This document shows positions 40,420 to 52,464 of a stretch of DNA of 64,000 bases, piece after piece. The stretch lies in NCBI GenBank assembly GCA_951406725.2, contig OX597825.1:48360001-48424000 (forward strand), read 5' to 3'. The notes beneath the pieces were generated by a model. That model was given only the letters and a program-made list of their open reading frames with translations, was not told the origin of the DNA and made no database searches. The position numbers and the translations under genes are program-made. The DNA is from Octopus vulgaris. Lineage: Eukaryota. How positions within the stretch are numbered: the first letter of the stretch is position 1; every line of letters begins with the position of its first letter.

Positions 40420-40601
40420 TAGGCGCACGTGTGGTTGTGTAGTAAGAAGCTTGCATCCCAACCATATGATTCCGAGTTCAGTCCCACTGAGTGGCACCTC
40501 AGGCAAGTGTCTTCTACTATAGCCCGGCGTCAACCAAAATCTTGTGAGTGGATTTCGTGGACGGAAATTGAAAGAAGTCCATTGTATATATGTATACATA
40601 G

Positions 40602-40635
<34 letters not shown>

Positions 40636-41060
40636 CTTTGTGTCAGTATTTGTCTCCCCACCACCGCTTCACAACCAGTGATGGTGTGTATACGTCCCCG
40701 TAACATAGCGGTTCGGCAACAGAGAACAATGAAATAAGTATCAGGCTTTAAAATATAAGTACTGGGGTCGATACGTTCGACAAAAAATTCTTCAAAGCGG
40801 TGTCCCAGCATGTCCGTAGTCTAATGACAAACAAGTAAAAGATAAAATATTTGTGTGTGTGTTTGTCCTCCACCATCGCTTGACAACCAGTGTTGGTTTC
40901 TTTATGACACTGTAACTTGGCGGTTTGGCAAAAACAATCATAAGAATAAGTGCCGGGCTTAAAAATAAGCACTGATCTAGATTATTTTGGCTAAGCCCTT
41001 CAAGGCAGTTCTCCAGCATGCTCGCACTGCCCGCAGTCCAATGACTGAAATAAATAAAAG
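40420..41060 (+). mobile_element. SINE family A full copy plus tandem extra 3' half (another head fragment at 40270-40400)
   Basis: Head ggcgcacgtgtggttgtgtagtaagaagcttgc; tail module repeated at ~40630-40848 and ~40850-41060. Confidence 0.8.
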
Positions 41061-41591
41061 TTAATACACAGACAGAAAAATAGATAGACAGACAAACGCA
41101 CACACATGTATGTCGTTCAGTTTTATTTCAAGGTTTCTTGCCAATAAAGAATCGGTTTCTAACCTAGATCCAAGGCTCTTTCATTGGAATGTCAATATCA
41201 ACAACAGGATATTTTTGTATGTATGTATGTATGTATGTATGTATGTATGTATGTATGTATGTATGTATGTATGTATGTATGTATGTATATGTGAAGATTT
41301 GTATGTCTTGCTTTACGTATGTATTCTCATGCATATAGTTGCACGTCTTGACATGCTCATATATATATTTAAATGAGAAACGTCTGGAAAGTTTTACAGA
41401 TTTTTACAGTCCCAGGGATGGACTGGTTCTGTAGTCTTCGAATTAGCTTTCTCCTTTCTGGCTTAATTTCTCAAGATTGGTATTTAGGCAGTGTGTTACA
41501 TACAGTTCTATATTTAAGAGATGAGGAATTATGTACATTATTTACATTATTTACACTTAACAGATATTTATCCTGATCTTGTTTCTTGTTA

Positions 41592-41635
41592 ACACAACAT
41601 TTCAGCTGATATACCCTCCAGCCTTCATTAGGTGT
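41592..41635 (-). ncRNA. Decayed minimal hammerhead (left arm of composite insert)
   Basis: Minus strand ACAC-CTAATGA-A-GGCTGG..TCAGCT-GAAA-TG-TT-GTGT; homolog of 42552-42609 with core substitutions. Confidence 0.55.
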
Positions 41636-41699
41636 CTTGGGGAAATTTTGAACCTGGGTTCTCATTCCTAAGGTATTTTTCGATGTTATTGTTGTTGCT

Positions 41700-42413
41700 G
41701 TCTCCAAGTGCAGTCTTCTAGCGCCTACAGAGTATCTCAACAGGCATGATAGAGCTGCACAATATATTCACTGGGTAATTTTCAAAAACTTGGACTTGCC
41801 CCATGAAAAAAACTGGTGGGAACACAAACCACCCCAGTACTTGAAAATGACCACGTCTTACTCCTCTGGAACTTCACCATTCAAACTGACAGAAAGATAG
41901 ATGCAAATAGGCGAGACATCATATTGAAAGACTTCAGACAAAGAACATGCCTCCTCATTGATATGACTGTCCCAATCGATATAAACGTATCTGTCAAGAC
42001 CTACCAAAAACTGAGCAAATATAATGATCTTGAAATAGGAATCAGCATAATGTGGAACCTGAAGACTAAAACAATACCTGTTGTCATAGGTGCCCTGGGA
42101 ATGATAGCAAAAGGAGCTGATTGCTACCTAGCTCAGATACCAGGAAACCCCAAAATGGCAGAAATTCAAAAGATAGTGCTCATGGGAACTGCTCATATCC
42201 TACGCAAAATACCTTCTATGTAATCTCAAGTTTTAAAACAAACATAATTTTCGTATGTTTTTTTAGACATTCATTAGTACAACACTAAGTACAAAACCAA
42301 ATATATGGCACACTAGGCATAACACTAACATGAACTTCCAACTTGTCTCTTGAGGTTTCTGGGTGAGACTTGGAGTCAACTTGTACAAATGTAAAGCAAA
42401 AGTCAAACATTGA

Positions 42414-42480
<67 letters not shown>

Positions 42481-42490
42481 TAATAATAAC
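41700..42490 (+). mobile_element. R4/Dong-like LINE 3' end (REL endonuclease, UTR and (TAA)n tail)
   Basis: YLNRHDRAAQYIHW, then ORF 41816-42223 LLWNFTIQTDRKIDANRRDII..LIDMTVP..KLSKYNDL..IPVVIGALG..IQKIVLMGTAHILRK, then (AAT)n at 42417-42490. Confidence 0.85.
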
Positions 42491-42551
42491 AACAGCAGCA
42501 ACATCGAAAAACACCTTAGGAATGAGAACCCTGGTTCGAAATTTCTCCAAG

Positions 42552-42609
42552 ATACCTGATGAAGGCTGGTTTTTTAAGTGTCGTCAACATATCAGCCGAA
42601 ACGTTGTGT
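42552..42609 (+). ncRNA. Minimal type I hammerhead ribozyme
   Basis: ATAC-CTGATGA-A-GGCTG..CAGCC-GAAA-CG-TT-GTGT; helix III is reduced to the palindrome ACGT. Confidence 0.72.
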
Positions 42610-43938
42610 TAACAAAGATGAAGACAAATATCCATCAAATGTAAATGATGTAAAAAAAAGTATGTTACATATCCCAGGGCCCCAATAATTAGATATAAAC
42701 CTGAACTTGTAATCTTGATAGAGTAACTGTAGATTTCTCAATAGCTCAGCGTAGGTATTCTCTTTTTCACTGATCTTCACTTTTATGTTAACATCCGTTG
42801 GGCAGGTAATTTCCCCAAATGTACACAGTTTCTCTTCTCTATCCCAAATCATTATCTCTGGTCTGTTGTGCTTACATTTTATTGAGGTCTTCACTGGGAC
42901 ATTCTACCATGTATGTATGCATATATGCACACTACTTATTTGTCACATTTAAGTGTTGTCTATATTTGCAATTTAATCAGGTTACCTATTCCAAACGCTG
43001 CAATACTCCTTCCTGGCTCTCTCAGTAGCACATTAAGGAAGAAAAACAAATTTTACAAGGTTGAATATTGTGATTTATTAAGAAAAGCGAAACTTAGGAA
43101 ATGTCTTTTAATGTTAAGTGCTAATACTTTAAGACAAGATGAAAATTTAAAAAAATATATAAAATGTAGGATTGTTTCATTTTGAATTGTTTTCCACAAA
43201 AAAAAAATATATCATTTGAAAAATCACTCAAAATATCAAGCAATATAGTTTTAAGTTTGTTTTAAATGGAAGAGTAGAAGATTCTTTCAATGTTTAAATT
43301 AAACAGCTTGTACAGTTAAAGTCATGTTGTTTTCATTTATGTTCGATATGATTTCAAAGAGTAAGCGACTCCATGCATGGATACGAGGGATCAAATGGCT
43401 ATTCTTCATGATGTAGTTGTAACATTCTGTGATCTAAAACAAAATCCCTATTTCTCTGTTTATAGAGAGTAGGTCTATACTTCCAGAAGACTGATTCTGC
43501 TGCCAAATAATTTGACAGGCAACGAACTACTACAAGTATGGATGACTGAAGATTGAAAGTCTTAGTTCTTTTTAGAAGGTAAAAAAAGTCTGCAGCAATT
43601 GTCAAGAGACTTTAGGACAGCTGAGTACCAAGACATGAAGACTGGAAATGTTGGTATTTTTACCTCTAAACGATGTGCTTGAGAACCAAATAAAGCATTA
43701 AATCAGGTTGCACTTTTTGGTCAAGCATGGTAATTGTTATTCAGAAAGTGCTTTTTGTTAAATGAAAAATCAAGATTTCAGCTTTGTAGTAATGTCCCTG
43801 AATGTTGCCTTCACAGACTTCGTGAGGGATTTCATGTGCTCTTCGTCACTTGAAAAGTCTCAGAAACCGGAATAAACTCCGATTTAATGAGTAGGTAGGC
43901 TCAAGAAAGGTGTTAACTCGATCATATTGACCTCAGTA

Positions 43939-45235
43939 TGCGAGGATCGGTAGAAAAGCTCATAGGCTGACCAAGATACTCTCATATAATGTGACCGAAT
44001 GAAGTTTATTTTTCATCAAAATCCTCCTTGCGGTCCACACACGTCTTCCCTCGTCTTCCCCCCATACTTGGATCCCATTGGTGAAGAATCTTTCATCCTA
44101 CTGGGTAAAAAAGTCACGAACAGCAGATATGACGTCATCACCATTGTGATTCTGGTCCCCAGCCGAATGATTTTTCGTGTTGGGAAAGATATGATAGCCA
44201 GATGGGTGGGGGTGGGGGTGGGGGTGGAGAAAGTCAGGAGAATAGAGAGGCTGATCTACCAGTTCAAAGCCACAGTCATACACAGCAGTCGTTGAAACCA
44301 AGGACTTGTGTGCTGGAGCATTGTCGTGATGAAGCAAGACCCCTTTTCGTCAGTTTTTCTGAGCATTTGGTCTTGATATCCTGTCATAACTGCCTCAGCA
44401 AGTTAGTATAGTACTCTCCATTGATGGTGTGACCCTTTTGAAGATAGTTAATAAACAGAATTCCGTTTGCACCCACCATAACTGAGGTCGTTACCTTCCT
44501 CTTAGATGAAACAACATTTGTCTTCTTTGAAGCAGATGAGGAGGAATGTTTTCGATGCATAGACTGTCTCCTTCTTCCTGGCTCAAAGTTATGAGCTCAA
44601 CACTCATTCTGGGTTAGGAAACGTTCAAGGAAACCAGCTATATCTACCTCAAACAATGCCAGGAAACGTGGTACCTACTGAGCGGAAACGTTCGTCATGT
44701 CAAGTTCATGGTGCAAAATATTCCCAACTCTCTCACTGGATATACTAATAGCATTGGCTATTTGATTTATAGTCAGTCGCCTGTCAGCTATTATCATGTA
44801 GTGAACATGATCAATGTTTTTCTCGGTGGTGGCAGTTGCAGAATACAGACCTTAGGTCATCTTCAAGACTCTCCCTTCTCCTCAATGCATCTGCCCACTT
44901 TTTCACTGTTGATAAAGCTGGTGAGTCATCTCCTAATGTAGCAAGTATGTCAACACGAATGTCACTGGACGTTTAAACTACTTTTCTGCAGGTACACGAT
45001 AACACCATTATGCCAAATTTTGACCCTTTTCAGAAGTCGCTACTAGTTAATTTTGAAGTCGTCTTTGAACAGTCGGTTATCAGTTTGCCTGGAAAAAAAA
45101 CCAAACAAAACAAAACAAAACAATACAAGATTGAAATTAATGCATGGTTGAAGGGTTGAAATTAATGCATGCAAGATTTCACAGCTCTTGCATCAATCCA
45201 TTGTCAGCCTATGAACTTTTCAGCCCACCTTCGTA
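43939..45235 (-). mobile_element. Mariner transposon, full length but decayed
   Basis: TIRs t.cga.g...g.gaaaag.tcataggctgac at both ends with TA flanks; LHHDNAPAHKS..PLYSPD..YHIFPN remnant; ~1.3 kb. Confidence 0.85.
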
Positions 45236-45854
45236 TATACATATCTGCATGTGTATACACACACACACACATGTATACATACGCATACGTACATACACAT
45301 ACACGCGTATGCATACACGCACACAGAAACACACACACACTCACCACATATATATACATATAATAAGCGAGAGAAAGAGAAGGAAGAGAGAAGCGTGAGA
45401 GAGGGAGAGAGAGAAAGAAAAGAAAGAGAGAGGTGGTACCTCTCCAGAATAAAAACTTGTGTTTATGCCGCCAACAGCAATATTTCAGTCTATCAAGAAA
45501 AAATAAAATTATTGCTGACATAACTAAACTATATCGATTATATCGATTATTGCTGACACAACGAAACTATATTGATTATGTTAATGATGATTTTATAATC
45601 ACAGCGTTTCAGCTACGTAAGAAACAGCAGGGATAGTATAAGTGGGGTGGTGTACCCGGACTACCAGACGCTTGTTCAGCACTTATCAAAAAGGAAGGAC
45701 TGTTGTGGATCGAATCTAATCCTCAGTATATTATCGATCTGGAATGGCGGCGAAATGTGTGTCGCGGAGGAGTATGAACTGAAAATGCGGAGGTCGCTAA
45801 TATTGATTGTTTATACAGATGTAACAAGATGTGGGGAAAGGTAACTATATAGAT

Positions 45855-46075
45855 CAGTGGTTCTATATTTAAGATTTTGTTGTTAAAATTCATCTGCAAT
45901 AAATTGGTTATACTTCTACAATACACAATATTTTAACAATTCTTTTATACAATTCCTAATAATATTTAAGTATAAAAATAATAAGGGTTTTTAAACATCG
46001 AATGGCTATAGGGGCCCATTCGAATAAAATAGGAATCGAATGGGTTCATGGGTAAAATATGGTTGAGAACCACTG
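45855..46075 (+). mobile_element. hAT-type MITE with 8-bp TSD
   Basis: TIRs cagtggttct / agaaccactg; ATATAGAT duplicated at 45847-45854 and 46076-46083. Confidence 0.88.
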
Positions 46076-46229
46076 ATATAGATAGAAGTGGTAGGTGACT
46101 GCGTGGATCTGGTAGATGTTGAGGTAGGAGTAGGTGCCTGGAGCTCTATACAAAATTTAAAAAATATGACGATAAGGTAATTCTCTTGATACGGGAGAAA
46201 CTCTAGAGCCAATCAAAGGGATGACATTC

Positions 46230-47470
46230 AAAATCTCTCTCTGAACACCAAGAGCAAGTATTTTCTCCGACATAGAGGCATATACGTCGAATAGCGTCAT
46301 CCACTTTGCCATTTTCTCCACTTTCACTCACCTTTCAATAAACTCATTCAAAGACAGTACCTCTCTTTTCTCGTCATCACTTTCCCTTTTACGTGAAACT
46401 TGAAAAAGTCTGTTAGGGTTCTACCGAAGAATTAAGTACCTGTACTAATAACTTTCAGCATCAACCATACTACTTCTTCCGCTATGACCTCCAGACACAG
46501 GAAAAGGAACTTTTGCTGCCCTGTTAAAGGAAGACAGCAAGGCACTCATCATTATGGGTTCGGCTCATAGCTGGTTCCATCCCACAACCGACAGCAGCTG
46601 TTTCGCATAACTTCTCAAGTTAACTATGACATTGAACGAAGCATGCAAAGCCGTTTCGTTGTTCTGCATACATCTCAGAATGGCCCGTCTGACAACACTC
46701 CCATACCTGTAGAGTTTATCTCTAACCAGTAGTGCCCCTAGGAAGCACTGCCAGACCGAAGAATTCTGGAAATTATCTCTTGTAGTCCACTGTAACAGAC
46801 TAGCGAATTATCGTCGGCGCCCAGTATCTCCCTGAGAACATCCTCAACTTTCTCACCACTGATCCTCTGTGAATTGCTAAATCGAATATATATCGACCCT
46901 GTTGGGCGATTGAAGTAAGGTGGTGTGTCCCTGCAAGCATTCTAGATGTCAGGCGTCTTGTCTCGGCATTGCATCACCAAGAATTTCAGCTCCAAAGCTC
47001 CATCGAGGAGTTGAGCTGCGGAAAGGCTTGCATTACGAACAGATCTCACACACGTTCACCGTCTTGAAATCTCAGCAGGTGAAACAATCTGAGCAGCTTA
47101 TCGACGCGTGACAAACCAGGCCTTAACCACTCCCATTCAGAGAGTGCTGGCAACAGGTAGACAAGTGAATTGTGTCCCTTTCACAAAAATCTAAATAACT
47201 GATACTACAATCTGCTCAGGCAGTAAATGTTACAAGGCCAAGCGGGAAATAATATTGGAGACGATGTCTGGTTGTTCAAGGATGGCTTTCTTTCGTCAAT
47301 TTCTAGATAAAACTGGCTACCCTGTTGTTATATCATCCCACTTCCAGTCCATCTCAGACCAAACCAGACCCTGAGCAGTTTCACTGATCTGTCAATTCAG
47401 TGTCCCATAACGCTGTCCGACAGTATGGACCTCCCTCTCCAAGTGTGGAGCTGTAAGCCCACTGACTTGT
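46230..47470 (-). mobile_element. L1/Tx1-like LINE ORF2 3' region, decayed
   Basis: Minus strand FQNSSVWQCFLGALLVRDKLYRYG..RCMQNNETALHA (zf-RVT-like) and IAEEVVWLM. Confidence 0.55.
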
Positions 47471-49079
47471 ATATGTGAAAAGAAGAAGAGAAAGAAATAA
47501 AACAGGCTTCAGTATAATTTCTATTTACCCAATTCTTCTCATTAGTAATTGGTTAATTCGATACTATAGCGAAAGATGCTGTGTAGGGAAATGAATCCTG
47601 ACATAATTACAAAGCAAAGTGCTTACTTATACCGTCCTGCCTATGTCATTTTGCTGTTCCCCTACCATGCTATGTGACTTCAGTTATTTGTATTGTTCAT
47701 TTAAGTTGAACGACAAGGCTTCACTTGACAAATACTTGACTCTGACCAGAGGATAGCAGGATCTTATGAATGCATTGACGTGTGCAATGTGCAATTACTT
47801 CCCCTTGTGTAGACAAAACAATTTGGGGCTAAATGCTGTGACCCTGAGCTTGTGGTACAGATCTTGTATGTATGTATGTGTGTGTGTGTGTGGGGGGGGG
47901 TTAACTGAATATTAAATTGTGGAATATGGGTTACTGAGTAGATAGATTAAGACCAAGTTTACTGAGAGATTGTTGGTTCAGTCTAGCATTGTTTTCTGCG
48001 ATGCAGCTAACGAAACTCAGCTCAATTTAATAAAATTCGAGGTTGCACAAAGTATGATATCTGTAATCAGTGACAAGACTATGAAATAAATAGGTCTTTC
48101 ATTATCCTGGGTCAAACTCCAGCCGTGTGCATGTGTAGAGCTGCAAAGAAGGGTGCGACACTTGAGATCACCATTTTAAAATCAATAAGAGTTGATCACC
48201 CATTGACACATTTTTGACCATCAAAAAGAAAAAATAGCAATTGATGTTGTCAATTGTCCGACAACTAAGAGATTGATTAAAGAATAATTGTGTCAATCGA
48301 TTTGCGTCTCGTTTTATTCCACTTTATGAACAGATCGATTTGTTTTGTCGTATATTAAGATCAATGTCAACCGACCAGGTTCTTCGTTATCCCTATGACA
48401 GATCGATATTCATTTGCTATGAATTATTTAGCTCAATCGATCATGTACAATTTGCCAAGTTTTTAACAATTTTACTTTTCTTAAATGATTTCTTTCAATG
48501 ACATTCCAGCACACCCCACACCCCACAACACACACACACACACATTACATACGTAAATACACACATATGTGTGAGCACATATACATACATGTAAACATCC
48601 ACACAGCGCGCGCACATACACACACATATATATATATGTGTGTGTGTGTGTGTATTGTTGCTAATTTTCGCACATGGCCAGCAATCTTGGGAGGTGGGGA
48701 AAGTCACACACACGCATTTACATGCAACTTTCTGTGCGGATATATACCTATATACGTGGATACATACGAGTGAGTGGACAAACGTAAGAAAAAGGCACTC
48801 AACACATTTAGGAGGAACAAGCATTATTATTTCAAAGAGTTTGATTCGGTTCCATGCGAGGTTCTTGCAGAAACCCGTCTCTTTTGGGCTTAGATTAGCG
48901 AACCGGTAATCTAAACCTGTAAGAGACGAGTCTCTGCTAGAAGCTAGCTAAACTTCAAGTAGCATGGAGATGAATCAAACTGTTTTAAATAATATGTATT
49001 TATATATGTATGTGTCTGTCCATCTGTCTGTCTGTCTGTCTGTCCGTCCGCCTATCTCTCTGTCTGTCTCTCTGTCTGT

Positions 49080-49850
49080 CGTTACTTCATCCTTCGTGGA
49101 TATCTCCTCACCACTATCCACACATCCCTTGCCAGAGCACGTTCCGTAGACCGCGCCTCTGCATTCTCTCCCGCACCCGCTCCACCGTTGTCCGTCTCCC
49201 GTTTCCCCTCACTTACCGCCCCTCCACCCTGTCCCTTCAACGTACCATTCTCCGAGCCTTCCAGTCAGACCGCTTCACCTCGCACATCTTCCCCATATTA
49301 CCCCTTCCCTCCTTCAATTGAGCCCACAACATGCGTGACCTCTTGGTCCACAGTTTCTTCCCTAACCTCACCTCAAACCTGGTTGGTTCCCTTCCTCTCG
49401 CTCATGCTGCCGCGTTTTCCCCTACCTCTTCGATACCACCATCTTCACAGGCACCCATCATCGTCCCTATCATATCACCATATCACCGACTCCTTTATTT
49501 GCACTTCAGCAACGTCATTTCCTGCATCACCTGCTCTTTCTGCCTTTCTCTGTACATCGGTCAAACGGGACGCCGCTTGGCTGACCGGTTCGCTGAGTAC
49601 CTCCGAGACATCAGACTCGGCAATGAGACCCCGGACTCGCGCCATTTCCGCTCTACCAGTCATTCACTGCAACACCTCTGTGTTCGGGTTGTTTTTACAC
49701 AGGGGTCATCCAGAGTCCCGCCTTCGCCGTGAACAGAATTAATTTTCTCTCTTCGCTCCTTTGGGCTACATTGGCTCAACTCCCCTCCTCTCTTCATCTG
49801 ACTCCTACTTTGTCTTTTCACACTTACCCATCTTCTCTCTTCATTGATAC
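49080..49850 (+). mobile_element. Penelope-like element GIY-YIG endonuclease pseudogene
   Basis: YHITDSFICT / SNVISCITCSFCLSLYIGQTGRRLADRFAEYLRDIRLG..HF..RLRREQ across frameshifts; C-terminal GIY-YIG with Cys/His ligands typical of PLEs. Confidence 0.85.
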
Positions 49851-49929
49851 CTACACACACACATACGTACACACACGCGCGAGCACACATAAGTATGTAC
49901 ATATATACATACATACATACATACATACA

Positions 49930-49965
<36 letters not shown>

Positions 49966-49989
49966 TCTGTGTGCCCGTGTGTATATATA

Positions 49990-50032
<43 letters not shown>

Positions 50033-50430
50033 AGAAATTAAATATAAAATATAAATTACAAAGTGGGACAAGAACGCAAAAACACACAAAGAGACGACAC
50101 AAAAAAACAGACGGGTCACTCGAAGCCTCTCATCTTCAGTCGGAACCGGATCATCTTAGCAATTTCGGCTGTTTAATCTCGATATCACTCCGAACCGGTC
50201 AGCCCCAATGAAAAACTAAGCCACAGGCATTAGATTTCTTGGAAAGAGGATCGAATGTATACGAAACAAGGACAGAATGCCACACGAATATAAATACAAG
50301 AAACCAAAAATAGAAATAAAAAACAAGAATGGTAAAAGTAGGACAAAAACAGCGGGCGTCTTACGACTTTAGACAATTTTTAACTTATCTTGGCTGGCGT
50401 ATTTGAAAAATGCCTTTGCGGCAAAACGAA

Positions 50431-50480
<50 letters not shown>

Positions 50481-50589
50481 TGGCCTGCTCGCTTAGCCAG
50501 TGGGGTGGCGTCATTCGAAGGCTAAAACAATGCGAAACACATTGTGACCAGGTGATCAGGTGATATATATATATATATATATATAATCA

Positions 50590-51016
50590 CCTTATTATTG
50601 CATCGCGTGCCGAAACAGAAATTCATAAAAATATAGTTATCCCTGAATCGGTTCCGATTTCTGGATTAATCCAAGAAGGATTCTTCCGTGGGTATGGTCT
50701 AAGTATTTCATTCATTTTCATTTTGTGTTCCTTACTGATGAAGGAAGAATCCTTTTTGGATTAATCCACAAATCGGAACCGATTCAGGGATAACTATATT
50801 TTTATGAATTTTTGTTAGCTTGCTTTCCTCGTTTCGGCTCGTCGTGTAATAATACAAAATATTTTATGTGGTGAGATGATTTAGCGTTTATTTTTCAGCA
50901 TATTGGCAAAGAATTTTTTTTCTTTTTGCCCTTATTAATAATTGTATAATTTTCACCTTTTTCATATGTAGGCCACTGATAAAACTTTTTAATGAAATTT
51001 TATCCTTATATCAGAA

Positions 51017-51020
<4 letters not shown>
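50590..51020 (+). mobile_element. Penelope-like non-coding element in (TA)n with ~90-bp inverted arm and hammerhead relic
   Basis: 50595-50687 is inverted to 50743-50852. tcctta-CTGATGA (50735-50741)-aggaagaatcc..ggattaatcc-a-CAAA-tcggaaccga-tt-caggga; the inverted arm retains GAAA. Confidence 0.7.
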
Positions 51021-51076
<56 letters not shown>

Positions 51077-52010
51077 GTATGTATGCATGTATGTATGTAT
51101 ATATACAAAAGCAAATGTCCTTCCCGAGTCTCAAACTCAAGGCCGGTTTCCTGGATTCTGTGGTGTACATGCATATTTAAAGGAAATCAAACGCAAAAAA
51201 AGCAGCAACAACAACAACAACAACGAGAAAACTCCAGTGGAAGTTTCCAGTTAATATTACGAGGTTGACGCACATCGAAGGGAAAATGTTATTAAATATA
51301 ACATTCTGAGCATAATGTTTAATAGAGTCCAGGACATGACCAGAAAGAAAAGGAAAGTAGAAGAGAAAGGAGAGACTTTGGGAAAAAAATGCACGTTGGT
51401 AAGGTTCAAATGTCCGACCTCTGGCTAATATGTACATGTACATATATAGATATTAACACATATGTATGTGTATTTCTATGTATGTATATGTACACTGACA
51501 CATATGTATGTATCAATGGATGGATAGATGTTATAAATTTATATACGTGTGTGTGTGTGTATATGCATATATCCTAATCACTGCATCACACCATCCCCAC
51601 ACTCTCACACCACATCACCACACTGCCACACCACATTGCATCACTCACACCACTCCACACACACTAGCACTGACTACTTCCCAGCACTCACACCACACAC
51701 CATCATCTGGACACCCACACTCCATCATCCGCACACCCACACAACATCATCCACATAGCCATACATTGTAGGCACACCCAATTACACACGTACACGTCCA
51801 CACACGTCAAAGTCATTGCCCCCTGTCCTCACACACACGTACATTCTCACATACACACGCACGCACACGCACCTTTATTTGGGGATCATTAATACTTTAT
51901 TATCTCCCCTTCTACCTCTCCTGTCAAACCATTTGTTCCCAGCCAGTCGCCAAGCTTGACCGCTAAATCCATGTTTTTTTTTATTCACTTTCTGTCTATT
52001 TTCTCATATT

Positions 52011-52048
52011 TCTTTCTGTTAAAGAGCGGAGGCTCGAAACATAAAAGT
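52011..52048 (+). ncRNA. Decayed third copy of the CUGUYGA hammerhead-like motif
   Basis: TCTTT-CTGTTAA-A-GAGC-ggag-GCTC-GAAA-CA-TA-AAAG within ~51880-52140; downstream sequence related to 16920-17015. Confidence 0.55.
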
Positions 52049-52151
52049 CTTTCTCACTTTCCCGAGCATCAAACTATAACACCTGCTTGTTGTTCATGCA
52101 TTTGTCTTCGTGTTTTGTTTTTCTGTAAATTTCAACTATGTATGTATGTAA

Positions 52152-52219
<68 letters not shown>

Positions 52220-52464
52220 ACAGAATTGAGGCCAAAGCCTTGTGACTTGATTTGGTAGACGGAAACCGAAAGAAGCCCGTCATATATATATATTTAGGGG
52301 TTCGGCAAAAGAGACCAGTAAAATAAATAACAGGCTTCGAAAAAGAATAAGGCCTAGGGTCGATTTGTTCGACTAAAACGCTTCAAGGCAGTGTAACACC
52401 ATGGCAGCAGTCAAGTGACTGAAACAAGTAAAAAGAACTTCTAAAAAAGATATATTTTGAGACA

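Larger units (their letters stand above)
41110..42910 (-). mobile_element. R4/NeSL-like LINE 3' end split by a composite insertion
   Basis: 42910-42660(-) reads KCKHNRPEIMIWDREEK..EITCPTDVN..KENTYAELLRNLQLLY..IIGALGYVT. It resumes at 41502(-) with YVTHCLNTNLEKL..RRKLIRRLQNQSIPGTVKICKTFQ. Confidence 0.8.

Noticed and set aside
41140-41195. LINE 3' UTR motif (ccaatgaa-agagcc..ggtta-gaaaccg; related at 15140-15180) resembling a hammerhead
   Set aside because: It lacks CUGANGA and helix I in both copies; more likely an ordinary conserved UTR stem.
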